Positions 11,618 through 21,569 are shown, counted from the first letter of the stretch. The stretch is DNA of 64,000 nucleotides from Candidatus Omnitrophota bacterium (GCA_043821445.1 JBDRCT010000033.1:69391-133390); one strand, 5' to 3'. Made by a program: numbers and translations. The notes: generated by a model not told the origin, from the letters alone.

Positions 11618-13710
11618 AGCATAAGTGCTCTTTGGCAATGTTCGAACACTTCTTCCACGGAAATATGTGTAAGACAAGCCTTCGTTTCTTTGGCCTTACA
11701 GATACCCTCGTAACAGGGCTGGCACGGTAAATGGTGCGAGAGCGCGTCAATCTTTTTTCCAGGCGGAATATGACGTTTGGCGTCTGTCGGACCAAACAAG
11801 GCCACGACCGGGACATTCATGGCGGCGGCCATATGAAGCGGCGCCGTATCGCCTGTCACAGCTAAATGAAGCTGTTTGAAAAAAGCCGGTAGTTCCTCCA
11901 ACGCGGTTTTCCCGATGAGGTCGAGGATCTTACCGGACTCTAAGGAATAAAAAGGGGTACTGAGATCCTTTTCTTCGGGAGAGCCGATAAGGACAATCCG
12001 CGCGTCATATTTTTCAAGGAGCCGTTTTGCCAGACCGATAAAATACTCCGTAGGCCAACGTTTGCTCGACCAGTTGGGGCTGGACCCCATCACGAACCCG
12101 ATGATCCGAGTAGACTCTTTAGGCTCGAGTATACTGATCATCTGGCGTGCTTTTTCAAGGCTCTCGGGTTTTATCCAAAGTTCCAACGTATCATCGAATT
12201 TGATAACCCCGGCCTTGGACAGCACCCGGAATTGATGGCGGAGAGGCGAATCCCCGACCTCAAAAGTCCTGTCGGGACGATTCAGAAGCCATCCCCATCT
12301 CCCGCGTTCGAAACCGAAACGCTGGACCGCGCCGCCAAGATACGCCAGAAGATGCGTCCACTTATTGTTGTGGAGATCGACGGACATGTCAAATCCTTCG
12401 CGGCGAATGCGTCGAGCGGTCTTTAAAAGATAAAAAATGTTCGAAAGTTTTTTCCGGTCCACCAGGATCATATCATCCAGATAAGGACATTCTGATACGA
12501 TCGGGGCGAGTTTGCGATCGACAAGGAGCGTGATCGCAGCATCCGGGAAGCGTTCCTTGAGCATCCTTAAACTCGGCACGACCAGGATAAGATCCCCCAT
12601 GGCCCCAAGTTTGATCACGAGGATCCTCCGTCGTTTGCGGACTTCCTGATAGATCTCGAGCGTTTTCCGAACCATTTGTTCCAGATTGAATTTCTCTTCC
12701 ACCTTTTTTCGAAGCTTCACCGCGAATGCTTTGGCCTTATCCCGGTCCGTCAAAAGTTCGTACATGGCCTCGGCCATCGCGGGGATATTCCTCGGAGGGA
12801 ACAGAAGGCCTGTCTCGTTGTGGTCAATAATATCCCGCACACCACCCAGCCAGGTCGCGGCTACGGGGGTCCCCACGGCGCCGGCCTCGATGACCACCCG
12901 TCCGAAGGGCTCCGGGATTAGCGAGGAAAGCACCAAAAGATCGGACTGGGCTAAAAGTCCTGCGACGTCGCGCGTCGGCGGGAGGATCTTGACGCAGGTC
13001 TCAAGCCCGAACTGTTGCACCGTCTTTTTCATCAGATCCGTGTAACGATGCCTGCCACGGGCTTCGGAGCCGACGATCCAAACTTCAAAATGAGGAAGCC
13101 GGCTGCGCAATAAATGAACGGCCTTGAGGAATTCCACCTGGCCTTTGGCCGGCGAGAACCGCCCGATGTGGATGATCCTCATCGGACCCTTGTGCTTTTC
13201 GAATTTCGCGAATGAGAATGTGAATTGTGAAAGGTCGACGCCACGCGGGACCAGATGGATCCTGTCCGGCGGAACATGAAATTCATCGATCATTCTCCGG
13301 CCGATCGCATGCGACGCCACGATCACGCGCTTCCCCCACCCCATGACAAAGCTCAGCGGATGAACGGAATAATGTCCGTGGCAGGTCGTGATAAATGGAA
13401 TACCGGTCTTGCGGGCCGCGAGCCATCCGAGCCAGGCCGGGACGCGGCTGCGGGCGTGAATGATGTCCACACGCTCCCGTTGGATGATCTTCACAAGCTC
13501 TTCGACGAGGAATAAGCTGGCCAGAGATTTTTGGTGCACGGGCAGCCCGTAATGTGGAATCCCGATCTTCTGGAGTTCGGCTACAAGCGCCCCGCCGGAG
13601 GAAACGACGAGGGTCGCATGCCCTTCTTTTTTCATGGCCCTTGCAAGATCCACCACCCCGCGTTCGGTCCCGCCAAGCTCAAGCGCCGGCAAAAGCTGCA
13701 TCACCTTCAT
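11614..13710 (-). CDS. GT4 + GT9 fusion glycosyltransferase
   Basis: N-terminal GT4 (GGTERG, HARSRVPAW, EPFGRVVIEA); C-terminal GT9 (KLGAMGD, KRWP, GDTAPLH, LFGPT, CQPC). Confidence 0.9.
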   Translation of the reverse strand: MKVMQLLPALELGGTERGVVDLARAMKKEGHATLVVSSGGALVAELQKIGIPHYGLPVHQKSLASLFLVEELVKIIQRERVDIIHARSRVPAWLGWLAARKTGIPFITTCHGHYSVHPLSFVMGWGKRVIVASHAIGRRMIDEFHVPPDRIHLVPRGVDLSQFTFSFAKFEKHKGPMRIIHIGRFSPAKGQVEFLKAVHLLRSRLPHFEVWIVGSEARGRHRYTDLMKKTVQQFGLETCVKILPPTRDVAGLLAQSDLLVLSSLIPEPFGRVVIEAGAVGTPVAATWLGGVRDIIDHNETGLLFPPRNIPAMAEAMYELLTDRDKAKAFAVKLRKKVEEKFNLEQMVRKTLEIYQEVRKRRRILVIKLGAMGDLILVVPSLRMLKERFPDAAITLLVDRKLAPIVSECPYLDDMILVDRKKLSNIFYLLKTARRIRREGFDMSVDLHNNKWTHLLAYLGGAVQRFGFERGRWGWLLNRPDRTFEVGDSPLRHQFRVLSKAGVIKFDDTLELWIKPESLEKARQMISILEPKESTRIIGFVMGSSPNWSSKRWPTEYFIGLAKRLLEKYDARIVLIGSPEEKDLSTPFYSLESGKILDLIGKTALEELPAFFKQLHLAVTGDTAPLHMAAAMNVPVVALFGPTDAKRHIPPGKKIDALSHHLPCQPCYEGICKAKETKACLTHISVEEVFEHCQRALML

Positions 13711-13836
13711 CCCGTTAGAGACGCGTTAAGACGTCCCCCCTCCGATTCGTATTGATGTCTTTTCAAAACGTCCGGTACCATATCGATCCGTTTATTCACG
13801 GAAGCTCTTTTCAGACGCTTCCTGTCTCTAACGGGA
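13710..13836. mobile_element. CCCCGTTA-type MITE-like element
   Basis: TIR TCCCGTTAGAGAC / GTCTCTAACGGGA, 127 bp, flanked by direct repeat TTCA (13706-13709, 13837-13840). Confidence 0.88.
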
Positions 13837-13837
13837 T

Positions 13838-15787
13838 TCATATCAGAGCTCCCAAACGCTCAATGAGCGCGTCTTTTTCGCGTTGGAGAACCGGCAGGGC
13901 CGGTTTTTTAAGAAGTTCGACGATGTTCTTTTCCAGATCTGCCAAACCGCTCAAGGTCACGAGTCCTCGCTGGACAAGGATCTGATGAAAACGGTAATGC
14001 TTTTCGGGAAGCTCTCCTTCCCCAAGGCTAAGCACGATCACGCGCTTGCCCGTTCCCACGGCTTCCGAGATCATGGCGAGACTGTCTTCTGTTACGATCA
14101 AAAGGTCCGCGAGCTCCAACATGCCGCCCGCCGCATAAGAAGGGTTGTCTTCATTCGCGATTACAAGAAACCGACAGGCCGGATGCTGTGTGAGCACGCT
14201 CTTCAGAAATCGTTCCACATGCGCGGAGGTGCGTCGCGACGTGGTAAGCATATAGTCTCCCGCGCGCGGGCTGGCGCGCTTTAGGGCTGAACAAAGTTTT
14301 TCCGCGTCCGAGACCGTCAAATCATAATCTCGTGTCGCGCCACCGAGAAACACCGCCAGGGTCGGTCGAACCCCTTTGCCCAGTTTCGATTGCAGCTGTT
14401 TCACATCCTCCTTGCGATCCAAAGTCTTGTAACCGCTCGGCATGATCACGCAGCGAAAGGCTCGCTTAGGGACCCTGCCACTGTCATGCGCCGGTACGAT
14501 CGCGAGATCATAATCCGTCATGCAATAAGGAAAGGGCGGGTTCATGATCACGATCGACTTCGCACCGGTCTCTTGGACAAGAAGCCTCTGAAGCGGCGCA
14601 AGCCCGGAACCTGCCGCAATAATGAAATCCGCATTCACTTGTTCGATCGCTTTTTGAGTTTCCGGAGTAAAAAAGCACGCGAGCCAGTGAAGTCTTCCCT
14701 GGATCCAGGGTTTCATCAAGAACGCCGCCAGGAATAAAACCACCCGGTGGAGCGGCGAGCGGTATTCCACGCGGATCTCTTCCGTTTCAAACTTAAGACC
14801 GGGGCGCCCGTGAAATTCTTTGAAACTCGCAAGCATTTCCGCCACGACCCCGGATTGTTTGAAATGCCCGGCCTTGCCATCCGAGAGGATCACGATCTTT
14901 CTGTCCCAACAATACTTCCACCGTTTGTTCTCCCAGAGCCATTGGTTCGGGAATCTCCGGATAAAATCTTCGAGCACTTTCAGGTATTGCCGGACCTGGA
15001 ATTCGACACGCGCCTCCGGCGCAAGAGAGGGATCATCTTTCAGGACCTCCACGGAATAAACCTCGTGATTTTGGCCTCTGGTCCTTACGATAAAAAACGG
15101 CATAATCAGGGCATCCGTACGGTGAGCCAACTGGAAGGCCCCGGTCGGGACCGTAGTTCTCCGGCCCAAGAACGGCAAGATGATCCCTTCGGTCTTACCG
15201 GCGGACTGGTCGCCCAGAACCCCGATCATTTTTTTCTCTCGAAGCGCCCGGACCAGTCCGCGAATGCCTGCACCGCGACTAATGGAAACCGAACCGTGGC
15301 TTTCGCGAAGCTCGTTGATCAATCCGTTGAGTCTCGGATATTTCTGCTCACGCGTCAGCACATGGATCGGCGTACCGCGAAGCCCGGACCAGACCTGGAG
15401 AAGCTCCCAGTTCCCAAAATGGGCGGTGATCAGGACCCCGCCGTGTCCCGAACGAAGGAGCGCCTCATACCGTTCAAGGCCATGGATCTTGACGTCAAGG
15501 TCGTGATGCTTGCGTTTCATCTGCTTGAAAGACATCACCTCCACTACATTTTGCCCTATAAAACCAAAATGATCGCGCACGGTTTTCCAGCGCTCGGCCG
15601 GGGTCAACTGACTCCCGAGCGCTGCTTTTAGATTGATATAAGCAACACGGCGCTTATTCGAAACATAGAACACGCACCGCCCCAAAAAATCGCCGATCCT
15701 TAGACCGAGGGCGAAGGGGATATGTTCAAAAAGAAAAATGAGCACGCGGGCCGCGAGATAGGCGCCCCGGTCAAGCAGATCTTCCAT
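13838..15787 (-). CDS. Lipid A late acyltransferase (LpxL/HtrB family) fused to an ELM1-like GT-B domain
   Basis: TAHFGNWE, LGDQ and PNQWLWENKRWK, followed by LSDGKAGHFKQS, IVPAHD, TTSRRT and TEDSLAMISEA. Confidence 0.85.
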   Translation of the reverse strand: MEDLLDRGAYLAARVLIFLFEHIPFALGLRIGDFLGRCVFYVSNKRRVAYINLKAALGSQLTPAERWKTVRDHFGFIGQNVVEVMSFKQMKRKHHDLDVKIHGLERYEALLRSGHGGVLITAHFGNWELLQVWSGLRGTPIHVLTREQKYPRLNGLINELRESHGSVSISRGAGIRGLVRALREKKMIGVLGDQSAGKTEGIILPFLGRRTTVPTGAFQLAHRTDALIMPFFIVRTRGQNHEVYSVEVLKDDPSLAPEARVEFQVRQYLKVLEDFIRRFPNQWLWENKRWKYCWDRKIVILSDGKAGHFKQSGVVAEMLASFKEFHGRPGLKFETEEIRVEYRSPLHRVVLFLAAFLMKPWIQGRLHWLACFFTPETQKAIEQVNADFIIAAGSGLAPLQRLLVQETGAKSIVIMNPPFPYCMTDYDLAIVPAHDSGRVPKRAFRCVIMPSGYKTLDRKEDVKQLQSKLGKGVRPTLAVFLGGATRDYDLTVSDAEKLCSALKRASPRAGDYMLTTSRRTSAHVERFLKSVLTQHPACRFLVIANEDNPSYAAGGMLELADLLIVTEDSLAMISEAVGTGKRVIVLSLGEGELPEKHYRFHQILVQRGLVTLSGLADLEKNIVELLKKPALPVLQREKDALIERLGALI

Positions 15788-16836
15788 TAGTTCCTCACTC
15801 CTAGTAAACGGAAAAGCCGGTCGGTGAGAATTTCTTCTCCCGACACGATCCGGAGCCGCGCGGCAAGGACCAGCGGGTTCAGCATCGCCGTGATCAACTC
15901 GCGGGAACGGTAAAAATCCTTTTCCGTCGTGATGATCTCCTCAGCACCGGCTGATTGCGCGACCTCCTTGATCTTCAAAAGCTCTTCCTTTGTATATTCA
16001 TGATGATCCAGAAATTCAAAGTTCCGGACGGTCTTGAGTTGAAAACGTTGCAGGACGAGCTGAAAGGACCTCGGCGTTCCCACCGCCGCGAAAGTTGCAA
16101 CGCGCCGGCCGGTCATCTTCTCGATCGCCGTCCGGACCTTGGTCTTGGCACGGTAAAGGAACAACACTTCCATGAGGGTCTCGACCATTTGCGCCTGAGG
16201 CGCCAGAACCTTGATCTTTTCCTTGAGCTTCCCTAGTTCCCCGGGGCTTACGAGATTCACGTGGGTCAGCACGATGATGGCCGCACGCTTCAAGACCTTG
16301 AGGGGTTCACGCAAAATGCCGCGCGGAATGAGTTTTCCGTTGCCAAAGGGGTTCATGGAGTTGACGACCACGATATCGACGTCTCGTTGGAGGACCTGAT
16401 GCTGAAGCCCGTCGTCGAGGATGGCGATATCCACATGCCGTTTTTCTGTTTTGACGCGCTCGGCAACTTTCGCGCGATCCTTGCCGATGCCGATCACCGC
16501 GGTCGGAAGATGATTCTGAAGTTCCAGGGCCTCATCATGACTGTAGCCGCGCGTGAGGACCAAAGGCACGCGTCGGTGCATACCGATCTTGCGTGCGAGA
16601 TATTCCACAAAAGGCGTTTTTCCCGTGCCCCCCCAGGTCAGGTTACCGACACTGATGACCGGATACGGAAGACGTTTGCGTGCCAACACTTTGTGCTCAT
16701 AAAGCCAGCGGAACGTCCGGACCCCGAACCCGTACCCCCACGCCACCAGGGAAAGAAGCGCGGAAAGAACTCCGCTCGTCGGATCATTTTGTTTGTCCTC
16801 CGCCAAGAGACGAAAGTAATTCTTCATGCTGTCCAT
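15787..16836 (-). CDS. lpxK: Tetraacyldisaccharide 4'-kinase
   Basis: VGNLTWGGTGKTP, ILDDGLQH, PRGILRE, FLDHH and TTEKD motifs. Confidence 0.96.
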   Translation of the reverse strand: MDSMKNYFRLLAEDKQNDPTSGVLSALLSLVAWGYGFGVRTFRWLYEHKVLARKRLPYPVISVGNLTWGGTGKTPFVEYLARKIGMHRRVPLVLTRGYSHDEALELQNHLPTAVIGIGKDRAKVAERVKTEKRHVDIAILDDGLQHQVLQRDVDIVVVNSMNPFGNGKLIPRGILREPLKVLKRAAIIVLTHVNLVSPGELGKLKEKIKVLAPQAQMVETLMEVLFLYRAKTKVRTAIEKMTGRRVATFAAVGTPRSFQLVLQRFQLKTVRNFEFLDHHEYTKEELLKIKEVAQSAGAEEIITTEKDFYRSRELITAMLNPLVLAARLRIVSGEEILTDRLFRLLGVRN

Positions 16837-18238
16837 TGCTTGTAATCCTTTCTTGAGGGCGCCGACTTCTAAGAAATGTCAGGATCCACCCGGCCTGACG
16901 TTTGCTGGCACCCCGTAAACGGTTGACGATCTGAAAAGCCTTTTGCCCTATTTCATGACGACTGCTCTCATTCGCGAGGATCTCTGCCGCCGCGGACGAC
17001 AGTTCGTCCGGAGCCGAGATCCTGAGAGCGCCGCCCTCATGATCGAGCTGGTGGTAGATCTTGTGAAAGTTAAAAACATGTGGTCCATGGAGTATGGTTT
17101 TACTGAAATGCGCGGGCTCGATCGGGTTCTGACCTCCGTGAGGGACCAGGCTCCCGCCCATGAACACAAGATCCGCGATTCCGTACAGATTCTTAAGAAC
17201 ACCCAACTGGTCCAGGATCTGCAAATCAGGTCCGGGGCCTTCTTTTCCTCTTGCCCCAACCTCTATTTTATTTTCATGAACGGTCGTTGGGGCAAGCCTA
17301 ATTAACCTTTCTTTTTTTTGATGGAGAATTGGGCTTGTCGATAAAACCATGCTAAAACCATATTTCTCTAATTGCTTCAAAAGACTTTCCGAACGTTCGA
17401 TGTGGCGCGGCGCGAGGATCAATTTGAGCGTCGGAAACCGTTCGCGCAATGCCCTAAAAGCGGCCGTGAGCATTTCTTCTTCCCCCGGATGCGTGCTGCC
17501 CGCGATCCACACAAGATCTTCGGAGGCATATCCCCAGGCCTGCCGCAGTCCCGCCGTATCCACCGCACTCTCGGCGGCCCATTCTGCCTGGTCGAACTTC
17601 ATATTCCCCATATCCCGCACAGATTCTTTTGTAACACCCAACTTCCGAAAACGGGCTGCATCTTCTTCCGATTGCGCGAGCACAAAATCCAGTTTTTCCC
17701 ACAGGGGTTTAAAAAGCCAAGGAAAGGTTTTATATCTCTTAAATGAGCGTTCCGAGAGCCGGGCGTTTATGATACCCACCGGAATATTCCGTCGTTTGGC
17801 TTCGGTCAAAAGGTTCGGCCAGATCTCGGTCTCCATGAGCAACAAGCAAACAGGCCTGAAAAGATCGAGAAAACGCTTCACGACCTGGGTGAGGTCGAAC
17901 GGGAAATAACAGACATGGACCCGCTCGCCCGCGAGTTTCTTGGCGATCCTCTGCCCGGTCGGCGTAACAGTCGTCAGCAACAATTCATATCCCGTCGCGG
18001 AGGCAAGCCATTCGCGGATGAACTTTTCGACGGCCATTACTTCTCCCACGCTTACGGCATGAAGCCAGACGATCTTTTTTCCTGAGAATTTTTCGGCCCA
18101 GTCCTTCGGGAAGATCCCCCGGCGTTCTTTCCACAGCACGTCCGGATCCTCGGCTTGACGGAGTTTTGTCAAAAAAATCGGGAAATAAAGGGCCCCGAAT
18201 ATCGCAAACGCCAGATTGTATAAAAAGGTTCTTAGCAT
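16784..18238 (-). CDS. waaA: Kdo transferase with a 28-aa insertion
   Basis: WLHAVSVGE, TTVTPTG, ETEIWPN, AGSTHPGEE, APRHIER and GGQNPIEP motifs. Confidence 0.96.
   Translation of the reverse strand: MLRTFLYNLAFAIFGALYFPIFLTKLRQAEDPDVLWKERRGIFPKDWAEKFSGKKIVWLHAVSVGEVMAVEKFIREWLASATGYELLLTTVTPTGQRIAKKLAGERVHVCYFPFDLTQVVKRFLDLFRPVCLLLMETEIWPNLLTEAKRRNIPVGIINARLSERSFKRYKTFPWLFKPLWEKLDFVLAQSEEDAARFRKLGVTKESVRDMGNMKFDQAEWAAESAVDTAGLRQAWGYASEDLVWIAGSTHPGEEEMLTAAFRALRERFPTLKLILAPRHIERSESLLKQLEKYGFSMVLSTSPILHQKKERLIRLAPTTVHENKIEVGARGKEGPGPDLQILDQLGVLKNLYGIADLVFMGGSLVPHGGQNPIEPAHFSKTILHGPHVFNFHKIYHQLDHEGGALRISAPDELSSAAAEILANESSRHEIGQKAFQIVNRLRGASKRQAGWILTFLRSRRPQERITSNGQHEELLSSLGGGQTK
17250..17337. 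mobile_element. Double-hairpin element, copy 3 (in frame in waaA)
   Basis: CTTG|ccccaac..39..gttgggg|CAAG|cctaatt..37..aattggg|CTTG; arm 2 is 29/37 identical to the aroE copy. Confidence 0.88.
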
Positions 18239-18282
18239 GTTCCCACCAAATTATTATTTTTTAAACAACCACTGCTCCACCC

Positions 18283-18366
18283 CATACAACGTCGGACGAA
18301 AGGCGTACGGTGTACGGCGAAAAAGTGAAGGTCCAACGCCGTACGCTTTACCCCGTATACCGCCGG
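18283..18366. repeat. Inverted heptamer array (CGTACGG-type)
   Basis: cgaaagg cgtacgg tgtacgg ... ccgtacg ctttacc ccgtata, directly after the xerC stop. Confidence 0.65.
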
Positions 18367-19245
18367 TCAGGCCCTCGGATGCGCCGCCATATAAGCGTCC
18401 TTAAGACGCTGGGTTGTCACATGCGTATAGATCTGCGTGGTCGAGAGGTTCGCATGTCCCAAAAGTTCTTGAACGCTCCGCAAGTCCGCTCCGCGATCGA
18501 GCATGTGTGTCGCGAAAGAGTGACGGAACGTGTGGGGTGAGATCTCTTTTCCAAGTCCCGTCCGTTTCACATATTTTAAGATCATCCGCCTGACACTCCG
18601 GTCCGTAAGACGGCTTCCGATCCGGCTGATAAAAAGAGGCTTTTTGATCGCGCTTGCGGTTTCTCGCGGCGCTTTCATATCCCAATAGGCGCGCAGGCTG
18701 TTTAGCGCCGTTTGCCCCACAGGCACAATGCGTTCTTTTTTTCCTTTGCCACGCACCCGGACCAAGCCCCCAAAAAAATCCAGATCGTCATGATTGAGCC
18801 CCGCAAGTTCGCTCACGCGAAGCCCGGAACTGTAAAGCATCTCCAGGATCGCCTTATCGCGCTTTTCCTCCCAGGAGTTTTTGGCCGGAGCGTCGAGAAG
18901 CCTGGTGATCTCGTCGGGGTTCATAAAAGAAGGAAGCCGTTTTTCCTTTTTCGGGGTTGCGATCCCCGCCGCGGGATTTTGTGCCAGGATATTCTCGCGC
19001 ACCAGATACTTGAAGAACGAACGGAGGCAGGCGAGTTTGCGGGAAATAGAACTTTTGCTATACTCGCGGGTCTTCAAGAACGCCAGGAAGGAACGAATAT
19101 CCAGATAGGTCAGGCCGGGGAGTTCCTTCTCTGCGATGAATTTCATGAACTCTCGAAGATCGATCCCGTAATTTTTGGTCGTATGCTCCGAGGCCCCCTT
19201 TTCGGTCGTGAGAAAATTCAGAAAATCTTCAACCCGCTTATTCAT
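18367..19245 (-). CDS. xerC: Chromosomal tyrosine recombinase XerC
   Basis: LYSSGLRVSEL, GKGKKERIVP, HTFRHSFATH and LGHANLSTTQIYTH; follows topA; start moved to ATG 19245. Confidence 0.9.
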   Translation of the reverse strand: MNKRVEDFLNFLTTEKGASEHTTKNYGIDLREFMKFIAEKELPGLTYLDIRSFLAFLKTREYSKSSISRKLACLRSFFKYLVRENILAQNPAAGIATPKKEKRLPSFMNPDEITRLLDAPAKNSWEEKRDKAILEMLYSSGLRVSELAGLNHDDLDFFGGLVRVRGKGKKERIVPVGQTALNSLRAYWDMKAPRETASAIKKPLFISRIGSRLTDRSVRRMILKYVKRTGLGKEISPHTFRHSFATHMLDRGADLRSVQELLGHANLSTTQIYTHVTTQRLKDAYMAAHPRA

Positions 19246-19255
19246 GTTCGGGGGC

Positions 19256-21355
19256 TCACGGCGCTTCGGATGAAGTTTCGGCGGCGTCGTATTTTTTCGG
19301 CAGCTCATTGACCACGTACGTGCACTTCGGATAATTCGAGCAACCGTAGAACGCCCGGCGGCCTTGGGCCCGGCGTTTCACCAATTCTCCGCCACAACCC
19401 GTCGCCGGGCAAAAGAACCCGGTCGGGAGAGAACGCGTGTACTTACATTCCGGGAATCCGGAGCAAGCCATGAATTTTCCAAACCGCCCGAACTTGATAA
19501 AAACCTGTTTGCCACACAGTTCACATTTGTGATCCGTGGGGATGGGGATTTGCTTGACACTTTTCATTTCTGTCTGTGCGCGCGTCAGGAATTCGCCGAA
19601 AGGCCCGTAAAAATCCTTCAGAACTTTGACCCAGTCCATTTTCCCTTCTTCGATCTCATCCAGCTCCTCTTCCATAAGCGCCGTGAATTCCACATCCAGG
19701 ATCGTCGGAAAATGCCGTACTAAAATATCCACGACCGTTTTGCCAAGTTCGGTAGGCATGAGCGCGCCGCCCTTACGCTCGGCATAAATACGCCCCAGGA
19801 TGGTTGATATCGTGGGCGCATAGGTGCTCGGGCGGCCGATGCCCTTTTCTTCGAGCAGTTTAATCAGGCTTGCATCATTGAACCGCGACGGCGGTTTCGT
19901 AAAGTGTTGTTCGCCCAGGAGTTCATGAAGCGTCAGTTTCTGTCCCGCTTTGAGGTCAGGAAGCTCCAGCGCCTCCGGGACTTCGTCTTCTTCGGCTTCC
20001 TTGGAATTCTCGGTTTCAACTTTGATTTCGCCGAACGCAGCGGTAAATCCCGGAAAGAGATTGCGTTTGCCGGTCGTACGGAATTTGTATCTTTCGCCGG
20101 CCAGGATCGAAATGACGGTGTGTTCATCGACCGCAGGCACCATTTGTGACGCCAGGAATTTCCTCCAGATGAGTTCATAGAGTTTCAACTCGTCGCTTTC
20201 GAGAAAATCTTTCATCGAATCCGGAATGCGAAAGGCCGAGGTCGGACGGATGGCTTCGTGAGCCTCCTGCGCACCCTTGCGGGATTTATATACAGGCGGT
20301 TTTTTAGGAAGATAATCTTTCCCGAATTTCTTTTGGATATAGCGCGCGGCTTCCCCTTGCGCGGAAGCGGCAACATTTACGGAATCTGTTCTCATGTAAG
20401 TGATAAGACCGACGCTGCCTTCGTCTCCGAGTTCCACGCCCTCATACAGCTTCTGTGCGATACGCATCGTGTTCGAGGCCGAGAACCCGAGCTGGCTGTA
20501 AGCTTCTTGCTGGAGTTTGCTTGTGGAATAAGGCGCCTGCGGGTTACGGCGCTTTTCGGTCTTTTCGATATTCGAGACCTGGAAAGGAAGCGGGTGGAGT
20601 TCTTGCTTGATCCGGTCGATCTCGGCCTGGGTCTTGAGTTTGGGCTTCGCTTGATCGATTTGAGTAAGACGGGAAAGAAAAATTTTGGACTGCTCGGGAC
20701 CTTCCGCAGCGGAAAGCTTTGCGTCCAATGTCCAGTATTCTTGCGGCACGAACTTCTGAATCTCGCGCTCGCGATCCACGATAAACCTGAGCGCCACAGA
20801 CTGTACGCGACCCGCGCTGAGCCCCCGGCCGACATTGCGCCAAAGGAGAGGACTCAATTGATATCCGACCACGCGGTCCAGAATGCGGCGCGCCTGCTGC
20901 GCGTTCACAAGATTCATGTCAATCTCGCGGGGATGGTCAAAAGCCTTTGACACGGCCTCTTTCGTGATCTCGTTGAATTCCACCCGAAGGATCTTCGGGC
21001 CGTGGCCTTCCTCTGAAAAAATATGGGCAAGATGCCAACTGATGGCCTCGCCTTCCCGGTCCGGATCGGGCGCGACATAGATGGTTTCTTTATCCTGTGC
21101 GTCCTTTTTAAGCTGTCTGACCGTTTTGAGGGCCCGCCGGATGATGATGTATTCCGGAGCGAAATCATGCTCGATATCGACAGCCATCCGGCTCTTCGGT
21201 AAGTCCCGCACATGGCCCATGGACGCTACAACATGGAAATCCTTGCCGAGGAACTTATTGATGGTTTTGGCCTTGGCCGGTGACTCCACAATCACCAGAT
21301 GCTTGGGTCCCTCCGCGGTCTTTGAAACTTTCACGCCTTTCTTCGCTTTTGCCAC
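19256..21355 (-). CDS. topA: DNA topoisomerase I
   Basis: VESPAKA, DPDREGE, SAGRVQS, ITYMRTDS and AQEAHEAIRPT; C-terminal zinc ribbons. Confidence 0.98.
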   Translation of the reverse strand: MAKAKKGVKVSKTAEGPKHLVIVESPAKAKTINKFLGKDFHVVASMGHVRDLPKSRMAVDIEHDFAPEYIIIRRALKTVRQLKKDAQDKETIYVAPDPDREGEAISWHLAHIFSEEGHGPKILRVEFNEITKEAVSKAFDHPREIDMNLVNAQQARRILDRVVGYQLSPLLWRNVGRGLSAGRVQSVALRFIVDREREIQKFVPQEYWTLDAKLSAAEGPEQSKIFLSRLTQIDQAKPKLKTQAEIDRIKQELHPLPFQVSNIEKTEKRRNPQAPYSTSKLQQEAYSQLGFSASNTMRIAQKLYEGVELGDEGSVGLITYMRTDSVNVAASAQGEAARYIQKKFGKDYLPKKPPVYKSRKGAQEAHEAIRPTSAFRIPDSMKDFLESDELKLYELIWRKFLASQMVPAVDEHTVISILAGERYKFRTTGKRNLFPGFTAAFGEIKVETENSKEAEEDEVPEALELPDLKAGQKLTLHELLGEQHFTKPPSRFNDASLIKLLEEKGIGRPSTYAPTISTILGRIYAERKGGALMPTELGKTVVDILVRHFPTILDVEFTALMEEELDEIEEGKMDWVKVLKDFYGPFGEFLTRAQTEMKSVKQIPIPTDHKCELCGKQVFIKFGRFGKFMACSGFPECKYTRSLPTGFFCPATGCGGELVKRRAQGRRAFYGCSNYPKCTYVVNELPKKYDAAETSSEAP

Positions 21356-21448
21356 AATACCTCCATTGAACAGTGATAAGCTGCAGAAAAAAGCGATAAG
21401 TTAAGAAAAGGAACGTCTTCCAACCTGTCGCTTATCTTAAAGGGGGGG

Positions 21449-21477
21449 ATTCTAAACAAAATGCGGATGATTGTAAA
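21449..21477 (-). promoter_or_regulatory. Sigma70-type promoter for topA
   Basis: TTTACA, 17 bp spacer, TAGAAT. Confidence 0.6.
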
Positions 21478-21569
21478 CGGCAAGTTTATCGGACGCTTGT
21501 AACCCGTTTTACGAAAACAAGTTATGGAGATCGATGGAACAATGCGTTTTGGCCCGAGAGAACCATGGC

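Noticed and set aside
18367-19245. Tyrosine recombinase as a phage integrase or as the mobiliser of the hairpin elements
   Set aside because: Its sequence and dprA-topA-xerC context fit housekeeping XerC. There are no att sites or cargo, and nothing ties it to the elements.
21373-21440. Possible seventh heptamer array upstream of topA (GATAAG / CTTATC)
   Set aside because: Too degenerate to show a period of 7.
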